This document shows positions 39,535-48,795 of a DNA stretch of 64,000 bases, piece after piece. The position numbers were made by a program, and so were the translations under genes. The DNA is from Rhodothermales bacterium (GTDB taxonomy: Bacteria; Bacteroidota; Rhodothermia; Rhodothermales; Bin80): assembly GCA_963665975.1 (NCBI GenBank), contig OY762508.1, forward strand, positions 3,357,456-3,421,455, in the 5' to 3' direction. Position 1 is the first letter of the stretch. Each line of letters begins with the position of its first letter. The notes beneath the pieces are model-generated. The model worked only from the letters and a program-made list of their open reading frames with translations. It was not told the DNA's origin and did no database searches.

Positions 39535-40328
39535 TGCATACGCGCGCTGCTCGATTTTTACTGCAAGTGACCCTGGTCGCATTATTGTGTGCGCCAGCGG
39601 TCTACGCACAGGACGTACTCCCTTCTACGGGGCGCATCGTGACTGACAACGCAGACATGCTCTCCGATACAGAGGAGAAGCAATTGACGCGCATGTTACG
39701 CTACTACGCGGACAGTACGTCCACTCAGATTGTAATTGTCACCCTGCCGGACCTGGGCGGGCAGGACATAGCTGCCTACGCCACAGAATTGGGCCAACAA
39801 TGGGGAGTGGGACAGCAGGGCAAGGACAACGGTGTGGTGATGCTGGTGTCGCGGGACGACCGCCAGGTATTCATTGCGACTGGCTTCGGTCTGGAGGGCG
39901 CCATTACGGATGCCGAGGCCAGTCGAATTATCCGCTATGTCGTGACGCCGAATTTCAGGAGCGGTGCGTTTTACGAAGGTCTGGCGGGAGCGGCCGATGC
40001 GCTAATTGCAGCAGCCGCAGGCGAGTTTACTGTTGAAGAGCAGAGGGCATCGCCACAAGGCCAGGATATAGTCGGAATGATTTTTTTTCTGCTGTTCATC
40101 ATCATTATTATTATTGCCGCGGTTCAGAATAGAAAGCGGGGCGGCGGTGGCCCGCGTCGGCGCGATGTGTTTCCCGTCCTTTTCCTGGGAATGGGACATC
40201 ACCTTGGTGGAAGTGGAGGCTTTGGCGGCGGTGGCGGGTTCAGCAGCGGCTTCGGGGGAGGAGGGTTTGGCGGAGGAGGATTTGGTGGAGGAGGGTTTGG
40301 CGGCGGCGGTGCTGGAGGCGGCTGGTAG
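39534..40328 (+). CDS. TPM-domain (YgcG-like) membrane protein with a Gly-rich tail
   Basis: 264 aa with a signal peptide, a TPM core (IVTDNADMLSDTEEKQL...QIVIVTLPDLGG...GVVMLVSRDDRQVFIATGFGLEGAITD), a TM segment and a GGGGF-repeat tail. Its start overlaps the lemA stop (TAATG). Confidence 0.85.
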   Translation: MHTRAARFLLQVTLVALLCAPAVYAQDVLPSTGRIVTDNADMLSDTEEKQLTRMLRYYADSTSTQIVIVTLPDLGGQDIAAYATELGQQWGVGQQGKDNGVVMLVSRDDRQVFIATGFGLEGAITDAEASRIIRYVVTPNFRSGAFYEGLAGAADALIAAAAGEFTVEEQRASPQGQDIVGMIFFLLFIIIIIIAAVQNRKRGGGGPRRRDVFPVLFLGMGHHLGGSGGFGGGGGFSSGFGGGGFGGGGFGGGGFGGGGAGGGW

Positions 40329-40346
40329 GCATGTCCACGGCAACAG

Positions 40347-40676
40347 GTGATCATGGCGCGCGACCGACTGGAGCAGCTTAGCATATTCCTGGCAGAAGAC
40401 CCGACGGATGCCTTCACGCTGTTCGCACTCGCCCAGGAACACACAAAGCGAGGCGATTTGGAGGTGGCGCGTGAAACTTATGAGCGGCTTGTTTCCGTAG
40501 CACCGGAGTACACCGGGACGTACTACCACCTGGGAATGCTGCACCGGAAATTGGGGCGCGAGGATGAGGCGGCAGCCGTCTTTGAGCGTGGTATTGCGGT
40601 GTCGCGAGCGCAGCGGGCATGGAAGGATCTCTCGGAGTTGCAAGATGCGCTCCTGGATGTGCAGGGGCTTGAATAG
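40347..40676 (+). CDS. Small TPR-repeat protein
   Basis: 109 aa; the helical TPR-like pairs read FALAQEHTKRGDLEVARETYERLVSVAPEYTGTYYHLGMLHRKLGREDEA. Confidence 0.65.
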   Translation: MIMARDRLEQLSIFLAEDPTDAFTLFALAQEHTKRGDLEVARETYERLVSVAPEYTGTYYHLGMLHRKLGREDEAAAVFERGIAVSRAQRAWKDLSELQDALLDVQGLE

Positions 40677-40685
40677 AGCATTAGG

Positions 40686-41429
40686 ATGATGGAAGGATTG
40701 TCGACAAGGCCTTGGCGCGCGTATCATGAAGTTTCGCGTACGGCAACGTATGGATTCCTCATGGCGTTGCCGCTCCTCATTGCCTACGAGGTACTTATCT
40801 GGCTCACCAACAGAGGGGAGGAATTCCCGATTCGTATCAGCGCAGAAGTGTGGATGAAGCGTGTCTTGCCCACCCTGGGCACTACGGGAACGCACATCCT
40901 GGCCGCTGTAGTGCTGATCGTGGGGGTGGCTATTTTTGTGTACGAGCGCAAGAAGAAAATCCCACTGCGTGTGCGCTACGCCGGGATTATGGTGATCGAG
41001 AGTGCGGTGTATGCTGTGTTACTGGCATTCCTGGTTATGTCTATCACCCAGCAAATCTTTGCTGTCGTGCCATCCGGGATCCAGATGCGGGAGGCCTCGC
41101 TCGCACAGCAGGTGGCGCTATCGATAGGGGCCGGACTGTACGAAGAGCTACTATTTCGCGTCCTCCTTGTTGGAGGCCTCTTCCTGGTGGCAAGACTCGT
41201 ATTCCAGAATAAACTCCTTGCCTACGGGCTGGCAGCTGTGGCAGGTGCGCTACTCTTCAGCACGGTTCACTATATCGGCGCATTGGGCGACCCGTTTACG
41301 TTGTCCTCGTTCACCTTTCGGGCAATATTCGGCCTTGCGCTAAACGTATTGTTTCTGGTGCGTGGATTTGCGATGGCCGCCTGGACACATGCTCTGTACG
41401 ACATCCTGGTCGTAACGCGCATGTTGTAA
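40686..41429 (+). CDS. CPBP-family intramembrane glutamic endopeptidase (CAAX protease-like)
   Basis: 247 aa, polytopic, with motif EELLFRVLL and downstream FSTVH / THALYD. Confidence 0.8.
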   Translation: MMEGLSTRPWRAYHEVSRTATYGFLMALPLLIAYEVLIWLTNRGEEFPIRISAEVWMKRVLPTLGTTGTHILAAVVLIVGVAIFVYERKKKIPLRVRYAGIMVIESAVYAVLLAFLVMSITQQIFAVVPSGIQMREASLAQQVALSIGAGLYEELLFRVLLVGGLFLVARLVFQNKLLAYGLAAVAGALLFSTVHYIGALGDPFTLSSFTFRAIFGLALNVLFLVRGFAMAAWTHALYDILVVTRML

Positions 41430-41518
41430 GCGCTGATCTCACGAGGCGGGCATTACCGTGACGCCAGCAGTAGAATAGAAGGGCACGGGACTTCTGTTCC
41501 CGCAGGTGCGTGGCGCGC

Positions 41519-42757
41519 TCAGCGCAGCGTGGCCGCGATATGCTGCACAGCTGCGAGGAGGCGCTCGACTTCCTCATCCGTAGCATAGCAGGCCAGGCCA
41601 ACGCGTAAGAGTCCCTCCACTCCCAGTCGTTCGACAATGGTCGCTGCGTAGAAGTCGCCGTGCGAAAGGAATAGTCCCCGGGTGGCCAGGCTGCGGCTTA
41701 CACTCTCGGCCAGGAAGCCGTCAATGGTAAAAGCTACTGTCGGAGTACGGTTAACCTCCGGTGGGGGTCCGTAGCGCGTCACGCGGCTGATTGCGCCGAG
41801 GCCGTCCCATAACTGCGCTATTTGTGCGGATGAGCGGGCGTGCAGCGCGTTATACGTGGCTTGCAGGCGGTCTCGGCGCGTAGTGCCCGTAGACAGGGAC
41901 GCCAGGAAATCTACTGCGGCGGCTGCGCCCACAATCCCCTCGTGGTTTTGGGTCCCGGTCTCCAAACGCTCAGGGGCGGTATTCGGCGCCGGGAGAAGTC
42001 TTGGCGTAGCCAGCATGTCGAGGAGAGCCCGCCTGCCGTATAATATGCCAGCGTGCGGCCCATAAAACTTGTAGGAAGAGCACGCCAGGAAATCGCATCC
42101 CATGACTTCTATATCCGGCAAAACATGCGGCGCATAGTGCACGGCGTCAACGAATGACAAGGCCCCGCAGGCATGCGCCAGCGTATGGGCTCGTGCGACA
42201 TCGTTAATCGTGCCGAGAGCATTGGAAGCCGCCCCGATGGCGACAAGCCGCGTGCGGTCGCCGAGGAGACTTTCAAAGTGGTCCCAGTCGAGTTGTCCGG
42301 ATCGCGCATCCATCCGGGCTGTGCGGACGATCAATCCGCGGTGCGCGGCGACATCCCGCCAGGGGTCGATATTGGCGTGATGGTCAAGTTCAGTGGTGAC
42401 GATTTCGTCTCCCTTGCTCCAGGAGCGACCTAGCGCACGGGCCAAGTGGAAAGTCAACGTTGTCATGTTGTTGCCAAAGACGACGCAGTCCCGGTCGGTG
42501 TTCAGAAAATCAGCGAACGCATCGCGGGAGGCGGCCAGCGCCTGATCCGTTTCCGCGCTGGTTGGGTAGGCCCAGTGTGTGTTGGCATTGTGGTGATACA
42601 GGTAGTTCGCCATCGCATCCACCACGGGTCGGGGCACCTGAGTGCCGCCAGGCCCATCGAAATAGGCTACCGGCTGTGATCCGCATATGCGCTGTAGCGC
42701 AGGAAACTGGGCTCGGATATCATTAACCGAGAGCGTGGATGGTGTGGCGCGTGGCAT
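41519..42757 (-). CDS. Class V aminotransferase, cysteine desulfurase-like protein
   Basis: 412 aa: ...VAYFDGPGGTQVPRPVVDAM...ELDHHANIDPW...FVDAVHYAPH...DFLACSSYKFYGPHAGILYG. Confidence 0.85.
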   Translation of the reverse strand: MPRATPSTLSVNDIRAQFPALQRICGSQPVAYFDGPGGTQVPRPVVDAMANYLYHHNANTHWAYPTSAETDQALAASRDAFADFLNTDRDCVVFGNNMTTLTFHLARALGRSWSKGDEIVTTELDHHANIDPWRDVAAHRGLIVRTARMDARSGQLDWDHFESLLGDRTRLVAIGAASNALGTINDVARAHTLAHACGALSFVDAVHYAPHVLPDIEVMGCDFLACSSYKFYGPHAGILYGRRALLDMLATPRLLPAPNTAPERLETGTQNHEGIVGAAAAVDFLASLSTGTTRRDRLQATYNALHARSSAQIAQLWDGLGAISRVTRYGPPPEVNRTPTVAFTIDGFLAESVSRSLATRGLFLSHGDFYAATIVERLGVEGLLRVGLACYATDEEVERLLAAVQHIAATLR

Positions 42758-43063
42758 CGGGTATGCGCATTAAGGCGGACGATTCAGGGAGACACCCGTA
42801 CGCGCGATAAGAAAAAGGTTTCTGGTCGTCACGCCACGTATGCGGACGCGAAATGCAGGACATCATCTCGCCACCAACAGGCGCAGCCTGCCTCCTGCGC
42901 GGAAATCCGCCCCAATGCGTAGATTCGTCTGTTCCCGTAACACGCATTACGCACGCCGGCCGGGTGGCGCGGAATTGCGCACAATAACCACGTCGCTACG
43001 AACCCGCTTCTTGACCAGAGTATCCCATTCAGGCTGTTTGGCGCCCAGCACGGCCTGATCATC

Positions 43064-43744
43064 GTGCTGACAATCCTTGTGTCAGTCCTGCTGCCGGTAT
43101 TGGCCAACCGCTATTTGACGATTCGTCAGCGGCTGCAGATGTCGCAGATATTCGCCGTAGCCATATCCTTGAGCGTCGTGGGTTGGGTTGCAATTGAGAT
43201 TGCCGTTGGTGAATTCGATTTGCAGCAGGATCTGCCGCTGGATATCTGCTACAGCGCAGCGTTGCTGGCGCCTGTGCTGATGTGGAAGCCAACGCTACGG
43301 ATGCATGAATTACTCTATTTTGCCGTGCTGGCAGGCACGCTGCAGGCCGTCTTGACGCCGGACCTGATGTACGGCTTTCCACACTACAGCTTTTTTCGAT
43401 ATTGGGTCGTTCATAGTGGTCTTGTAGCGTATGTGATCTATGTAACGTGGAGCTTGAAGCTCTTCCCGGATATACGGGGCCTGTTCCGCGCCTTTGGATG
43501 GTTGAATCTGTATGCCGCCGTCATGTTTGTGTTGAACCTGGTGATCGGTTCCAATTACATGTTCGTGATGCGCAAACCCGAAACGCCGTCGCTGTTGGAC
43601 TTGTTTGGTCCATGGCCATGGTATATTCTGGTTTGCGAATTCGCAGCTTTGGGCATCTTTGTTATTGTGTGGCTACCCGTTGCGCTACGTTCCCGATTAG
43701 CCGCTACCCGAGACTCATGCAACGTATCGGCAAGGGAGGCGTAG
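43064..43744 (+). CDS. Integral membrane protein, TIGR02206/YwaF-like
   Basis: 226 aa with about 7 TM segments: QDLPLDICYSAALLAP...GPWPWYILVCEF. I recognise the family from motif memory only. Confidence 0.55.
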   Translation: MLTILVSVLLPVLANRYLTIRQRLQMSQIFAVAISLSVVGWVAIEIAVGEFDLQQDLPLDICYSAALLAPVLMWKPTLRMHELLYFAVLAGTLQAVLTPDLMYGFPHYSFFRYWVVHSGLVAYVIYVTWSLKLFPDIRGLFRAFGWLNLYAAVMFVLNLVIGSNYMFVMRKPETPSLLDLFGPWPWYILVCEFAALGIFVIVWLPVALRSRLAATRDSCNVSAREA

Positions 43745-43850
43745 AGGACGGTTGGTCAGGGACTGCACGCGAAACAGGCGTCTTCTTTTCGTCTATATAC
43801 AACTGTTGGCCTTCTTGATCTGGAAATAGCGCAACTAATTCTGACGCGAT

Positions 43851-46055
43851 ATGACTTCACCATTACGCGTTCTTGGTCTTTTCATCTTTGGCGCAAGCAC
43901 CACTGCCGCTTTCGGCCAGTCCGAAGAAATGACGGCCATCTTCGTAACGGAGGCTCCAGACATTGACGGCAGCCTTGATGACGCGGTATGGAAGGCCATT
44001 GAACCAATAACCGACTTTATCCAGATCTGGCCTGAAGACGGCGCGTCTCCTACCGAACGGAGTGAGGTGCGCATCGCGTACGACCATGACAATCTGTATT
44101 TCGCATTCAAATTCTACGATTCCGAGCCTGCGCTCATCCGCGCCAAGAACCTGGAGCGAGGCGGACGCAATGACCGGGACGACCATGCCTACATAGCCCT
44201 GGACACCTACCAGGACAAGCGCAATGCCTACCTGTTCGAGATGAATGCGCTGGGAACGCAGGACGACGCAACCATTACGGATGAAGGACTAACTCTCGAC
44301 AGCTTCTCGTGGGATGCAGTCTTCCGCAGCGAAACGGTGATTGACGATGACGGGTGGTCCCTGGAGGTATCCATACCCTTTCGGCAATTGCGGTTTCCCA
44401 AGGGCGATGATCTAAGCTTTGGCCTCATGCTGTCGCGGATGATCAATCGCAAGAATGAGCGTGTCATGTGGCCACGTATCGGGTTGGAATTTGCGGGCAA
44501 TTTTGGCAGTTTCGGCGCGCTGTCTGCGGTTTCGCAGTATGGCACGCTGACGGGGCTCAAGAATATTCACCGCGGGAAGAATATTGAAATCAAGCCCTAT
44601 ATCATTACTGGCATTCAGGAAGATAATCCAGATCTGTCGACCAGCGAAACCGAATCAGACTTCACGCGCGACATAGGCGTAGACTTCAAGTATGGGATCA
44701 CCTCCAATCTGACCGTAGATCTCACGCTAAATACGGATTTCGCGCAGGTGGAGGCGGACAACGTGCAACTCAATCTGACACGCTTCAACCTGTTTTTTCC
44801 GGAAAAGCGCGAATTCTTCCTGGAGCGCTCCGGACTCTTTGAGCATGGTAATCCACGCTACACGCAGACTTTTTTTTCCCGTCGCATCGGGCTTACAGAT
44901 CAGATCCTTGCCGGCGCGCGCATGACCGGGCAGATTGGCAGGTTTTCGTTGGGACTATTGAATATAGAGACTGGTGGGAAAATGAGTGACCTGCTGGGCA
45001 AAAGGTCAACCAACAACACGGTGGCGCGCATCCGGACCACGCTGTTTCCGCGGGCCACGGCAGGGGCCATCTTTACCGGGTACGACACCGCGGATCGAAC
45101 GAACTATGCGTTTGGGGTGGATGCCCAATACCGGTTTCTCAGCGCTAGCGAGTTTAGCGCTTGGATCACACGCGTGCGGGATTCGCAACAGACTAACGAC
45201 GCTATGGCTGGTCACGCGCGTTTGCGAATCCAGAATGATTTGTACGGCGCAGAAGCTTCCTTCACGAGTGTGGGCACCGATTATAATCCGGCGCTGGGCT
45301 TCGTGCGGCGTCGTGACGCGCGCAGATATGCAGCCAGCGCCCAGTACACGCCATTGGTGGAGTTCGCGGCGCTTCCATTTATCCGGCGCCTGACACTGCA
45401 AGGCGACTATGATTATATAGAAGGGCAGGACGGTAACAAACAGTCGGTGGATCTTGGAATCGCAGGTGGCCTGGTCTTCAATCGCCGTGACGGCGTTGAG
45501 CTTACGTTTCAGCGCCAGTTCGAGCGTCTGGAGCGCCCCTTTCCCATTCGACCTGACGCTGTAATTGTCCCAGGGGATTACAACTACACCCAAGTTGGCA
45601 TTGCCGGTCAAACGGATTCCAGCCGTCGCATTTACGGAGAAATGGGTGTGTCGGCGGGAGGGTTCTTCCATGGCAACCAGATAGACATCATGGGAGGACT
45701 GGGCTATCGCCATTCGCAGTATCTGCAGTTGGAGGGGTCCCTAAACCATTCCATGATTGACCTGCCGATATCAGGCGGAGAATTCAGTGCCACCGTCTTG
45801 ACGGCGTCCGTGCTTGGTGCAGTAAGCAGGAAGCTATTTGCCAAGGCTCTGATTCAGTACGACAACTTCACGCGAGATCTGCAAGCCAACATTCGCATAG
45901 ATTGGATTCATACGCCAGGGAGCGATCTTTTCCTTGTTTTTAATACGTCGTATCACTTCACGGGTGAGCGGGATAATCTTTTTGATCCTCACCGGAATGT
46001 ATTGCTGAATAATCGTGTAGGCGTGGCAAAGCTAACCTATCTTGTGCTGTTGTAG
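43851..46055 (+). CDS. Outer-membrane-type protein with an N-terminal CBM9-like domain (DUF5916-like)
   Basis: 734 aa with a signal peptide: DIDGSLDDAVWKAIEPITDF...YDHDNLYFAFKFYD. It has long beta-rich repeats and a C-terminus ...GVAKLTYLVLL. Confidence 0.6.
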   Translation: MTSPLRVLGLFIFGASTTAAFGQSEEMTAIFVTEAPDIDGSLDDAVWKAIEPITDFIQIWPEDGASPTERSEVRIAYDHDNLYFAFKFYDSEPALIRAKNLERGGRNDRDDHAYIALDTYQDKRNAYLFEMNALGTQDDATITDEGLTLDSFSWDAVFRSETVIDDDGWSLEVSIPFRQLRFPKGDDLSFGLMLSRMINRKNERVMWPRIGLEFAGNFGSFGALSAVSQYGTLTGLKNIHRGKNIEIKPYIITGIQEDNPDLSTSETESDFTRDIGVDFKYGITSNLTVDLTLNTDFAQVEADNVQLNLTRFNLFFPEKREFFLERSGLFEHGNPRYTQTFFSRRIGLTDQILAGARMTGQIGRFSLGLLNIETGGKMSDLLGKRSTNNTVARIRTTLFPRATAGAIFTGYDTADRTNYAFGVDAQYRFLSASEFSAWITRVRDSQQTNDAMAGHARLRIQNDLYGAEASFTSVGTDYNPALGFVRRRDARRYAASAQYTPLVEFAALPFIRRLTLQGDYDYIEGQDGNKQSVDLGIAGGLVFNRRDGVELTFQRQFERLERPFPIRPDAVIVPGDYNYTQVGIAGQTDSSRRIYGEMGVSAGGFFHGNQIDIMGGLGYRHSQYLQLEGSLNHSMIDLPISGGEFSATVLTASVLGAVSRKLFAKALIQYDNFTRDLQANIRIDWIHTPGSDLFLVFNTSYHFTGERDNLFDPHRNVLLNNRVGVAKLTYLVLL

Positions 46056-46101
46056 GGGTGTAGGGTCAATCCCCGTTCTCTGTACAATTGCATGTAGGGC
46101 C

Positions 46102-47661
46102 ATGGACATGGATAAGAATTCCGTGGAATCGAAGCCAGGTTTCGTTTCCCGATGCCTAAACGGTATCGAGGTCGTCGGCAACAAGCTGCCGGATCCGGCG
46201 ATGCTGTTCCTGTTGTCGCTGGTTATTGTGTGGGTGCTGTCGGCGCTGTTGGCGCCGGTCTCCTTTGAGGTGCTGGATCCGCGAACGGATCAGCCATTGG
46301 CCATCAAGAATCTGCTCACCGGCAGTGCGCTAGCGGCATTCCTTGCGGACATGGTGGAAATCTTCACCAGTTTTGCCCCGCTGGGCGTGGTATTGGTGGC
46401 GATGTTGGGGGTTGGTGTTGCGGATGAGGCGGGGTATTTCAATACGGGCATCAAGCTGCTGTTGGGCAAGACGGCCAAGGGGCTGCTCACACCCATGGTG
46501 GTTTTCGTTGGCCTTGTCAGTCACAGCGCCATAGATGCGGGCTATGTGCTCGTCATCCCGCTGGGCGGGATCATCTTCTATGCGGTCGGACGGCACCCGC
46601 TGGCGGGCATTGCGGCCGCTTTTGCGGGAGTGTCAGGAGGGTTCAGCGCCAACCCGCTACCTTCGGCGCTCGACCCTCTCTTGCAGGGCTTTACGCAACC
46701 AGCGGCCCAGATCATTGCCGCGGACGTACTCGTAAACCCTTTGTGTAATTACTTTTTTACGGCAATATCGAGCGTATTAATCATAGCACTTGGCTGGTTC
46801 GTGACCGATAAGATTGTGGAGCCTCGCCTGGGCAGGCACACACCGGTGGACGATGATGCGGAAGAGGCCCCCGAAATGAGCACAATAGACGCTACGGAGC
46901 GTCGCGCCTTCTATTGGGCCACTGCGGTGATGTGCGCGGGGCTTGTCCTTCTGGTGCTGGTGCTGTTGCCGACAAATTCACCGTTTCGGGATGCCGAGGG
47001 ATCGTTGAATTCATTCCAGGCTCCGATCATGCAGTCGATTGTCCCGCTGATCTTTTTGCTCTTTCTGATTCCCGGAGTTGTCTATGGGTATATAGCCGGC
47101 GTCTTTCGCAAGTCGAAGGATATGGTCGATGCCATGACCAAGGCAATGGACGGAATGGCATATTACATTGTGATGGCATTCTTTTGTGCGCTGTTCGTGT
47201 ACGCCTTCGGCGACTCAAATATCGGTGCGCTACTGGCTGTCAAGGGGGCGAGTGTGCTAAAGGCGCTGGCAATGCCGGGATCTGTTACGATTGTTGGCAT
47301 CGTATTACTAACTGCGTTCGTCAACCTGTTTGTTGGCTCTGCTTCGGCCAAGTGGGCGCTTTTGGCTCCCATTTTTGTCCCTATGCTCATGCAGGTTGGG
47401 ATTTCGCCGGAGCTCACGCAGGCTGCGTATCGTGTGGGCGATTCCTCGTCAAACATCATTACGCCCCTGATGCCGTATTTCCCGCTTGTGGTCGTGTATT
47501 GCCAGCGCTATGTCAAGAAGACCGGCATCGGTACGCTGACGTCGATCATGATCCCGTATAGCGTCACATTCATCGTGTCGTGGGCGTTATTCCTGATTCT
47601 GTACTGGGTGCTGGGGATCCCGCTGGGACTCGGTGCATCGTACAGTTACCCGCCTATGTAG
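46102..47661 (+). CDS. abgT: AbgT-family transporter (p-aminobenzoyl-glutamate transporter-like)
   Basis: From the ATG at 46102: MDMDKNSVESKPGFVSRCLNGIEVVGNKLPDPAMLF..., polytopic, AbgT-type N-terminus. Confidence 0.85.
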   Translation: MDMDKNSVESKPGFVSRCLNGIEVVGNKLPDPAMLFLLSLVIVWVLSALLAPVSFEVLDPRTDQPLAIKNLLTGSALAAFLADMVEIFTSFAPLGVVLVAMLGVGVADEAGYFNTGIKLLLGKTAKGLLTPMVVFVGLVSHSAIDAGYVLVIPLGGIIFYAVGRHPLAGIAAAFAGVSGGFSANPLPSALDPLLQGFTQPAAQIIAADVLVNPLCNYFFTAISSVLIIALGWFVTDKIVEPRLGRHTPVDDDAEEAPEMSTIDATERRAFYWATAVMCAGLVLLVLVLLPTNSPFRDAEGSLNSFQAPIMQSIVPLIFLLFLIPGVVYGYIAGVFRKSKDMVDAMTKAMDGMAYYIVMAFFCALFVYAFGDSNIGALLAVKGASVLKALAMPGSVTIVGIVLLTAFVNLFVGSASAKWALLAPIFVPMLMQVGISPELTQAAYRVGDSSSNIITPLMPYFPLVVVYCQRYVKKTGIGTLTSIMIPYSVTFIVSWALFLILYWVLGIPLGLGASYSYPPM

Positions 47662-47684
47662 AACGCTGCGATCGTTTTCCAAAT

Positions 47685-47741
47685 AGCAGTGCTCGTGAGG
47701 GCGCCGAGTTTAGCTGGGGCAGTAACAAGGCCTCTTCGGTT
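47685..47741 (+). repeat. 57-nt dispersed repeat, copy 1
   Basis: agcagtgctcgtgagggcgccgagtttagctggggcagtaacaaggcctcttcggtt aligns position for position with 52876-52932, at about 75% identity by eye. Confidence 0.6.
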
Positions 47742-47755
47742 GTCATTGCTCAGCT
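47712..47755 (+). terminator. Imperfect long hairpin downstream of abgT (possible terminator)
   Basis: agctggggcagtaacaa ...loop... ttgtcattgctcagct forms about 15 pairs with one bulge and one mismatch, followed by tttaat. It lies 50 nt after the abgT stop. Confidence 0.4.
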
Positions 47756-48480
47756 TTAATATTGAGCGGCCCTAAAAGCGCACAGGGGTCGATTCGGGCC
47801 TCTTACGGCACTAAGCGTGACATCGGTTTCAGCCTGTCCTAATGGTAATGATCTGAGTGCCTGGCGACACTGAATCCAAATCCAACGCGCGGTAATGCTC
47901 CCGCTGACAGGGATTCGATTCGCTAGAAATGCGACTGTGCACCTCTCGTCCGTCTTGCTGCTTTTGACGGAACGTGGCCTGTGTCCGGGATGAAAGCCTG
48001 TTGCGAATGGTCGTCTAGCTCCATGTAATGCCCTGGTACCGTAAACGCGCCCGGAACAACTGCACCACCTGATAGGCAAGCACGGTGTTGAACCAATGCC
48101 TCGCCGTCCGGCGATCCTTCTGAGGCCAGATCGGTCGCAACCCAACTCGGCTTTCAGAGATCGGAACACTGATTCCAGATCTGACAACAGGATGAACCTG
48201 CATCACAAACGCTTCACTGTGGCGTCCATGATATTGGTGCGCAGACCATACACCCCCGGATAGGTCAAAATGGTGTTGGTCTTGAGCTCAAGGGTCCACT
48301 GCATCTGGACGGTTTTGCGCTCCTTCACCCGGCCGGCCAATCCGCTTCCAGACGAGATCTAGGCGCTTTTTCGTAGCGGCTTCGACAGATCCGCAATTAG
48401 CTTGTGCAACTGCGTCTCAAAGCGGCTTCTACGCCGACCTACGATAGCCGCGTCTTTCTTCACAAGCTGCGGCCCTGGCC
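47756..48480 (-). pseudogene. C-terminal remnant of an IS4/IS1634-type DDE transposase, multiply frameshifted
   Basis: Minus-strand pieces read ...GRVKERKTVQMQWTLELKTNTILTYPGVYGLRTN..., DLESVFRSLKAELG and LRPIWPQKDRRTARHWFNTVLAYQVVQLFRARL. They match the conserved YxLRTN / FRxLKSxLxLRPIxH / AHxxxxxLAY tail of this transposase group. The frames differ and stops are present. Confidence 0.6.
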
Positions 48481-48752
48481 AATTTCTAGCTCACGATTCC
48501 TTACTGGCTATCGGAGAATAGCTCTGCCCGGACGCCACGGGTAGGACATGCGGGGCATTCAAACCGCGCGTGACTGTCTGCAAACAGGCTCCACTCGATC
48601 TTCCACCAAGAGCTGGCGGGGCTTAGCCCGCCTGTTTTTGGACTTAGGGAGGGTACTGGGGAAAGACATCGAAAACGTGCCGACCGACTGGATGGCCAAC
48701 GAGTCGCGTCTCATGTTCTCGTCCGCAAACGTACATGAAAGCTCCTGGCGAG

Positions 48753-48783
48753 CCTCCTGTCCCACAGGGTACGCGACAGGAGG
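48753..48783 (-). terminator. Perfect 9-bp stem hairpin just downstream of the LVIVD/T9SS gene (no U-tract)
   Basis: cctcctgtc-(13 nt)-gacaggagg lies 13 nt beyond the stop at 48796 on the minus strand. There is no T-run, so terminator function is uncertain. Confidence 0.3.
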
Positions 48784-48795
48784 GCGCCGCAAGCG

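Noticed and set aside
40200-40328. A short-period nucleotide repeat (ggaggaggatttgg...) that looks array-like.
   Set aside because: It is the coding sequence of the Gly/Phe-rich C-terminal tail of the TPM protein, in frame with the ORF.
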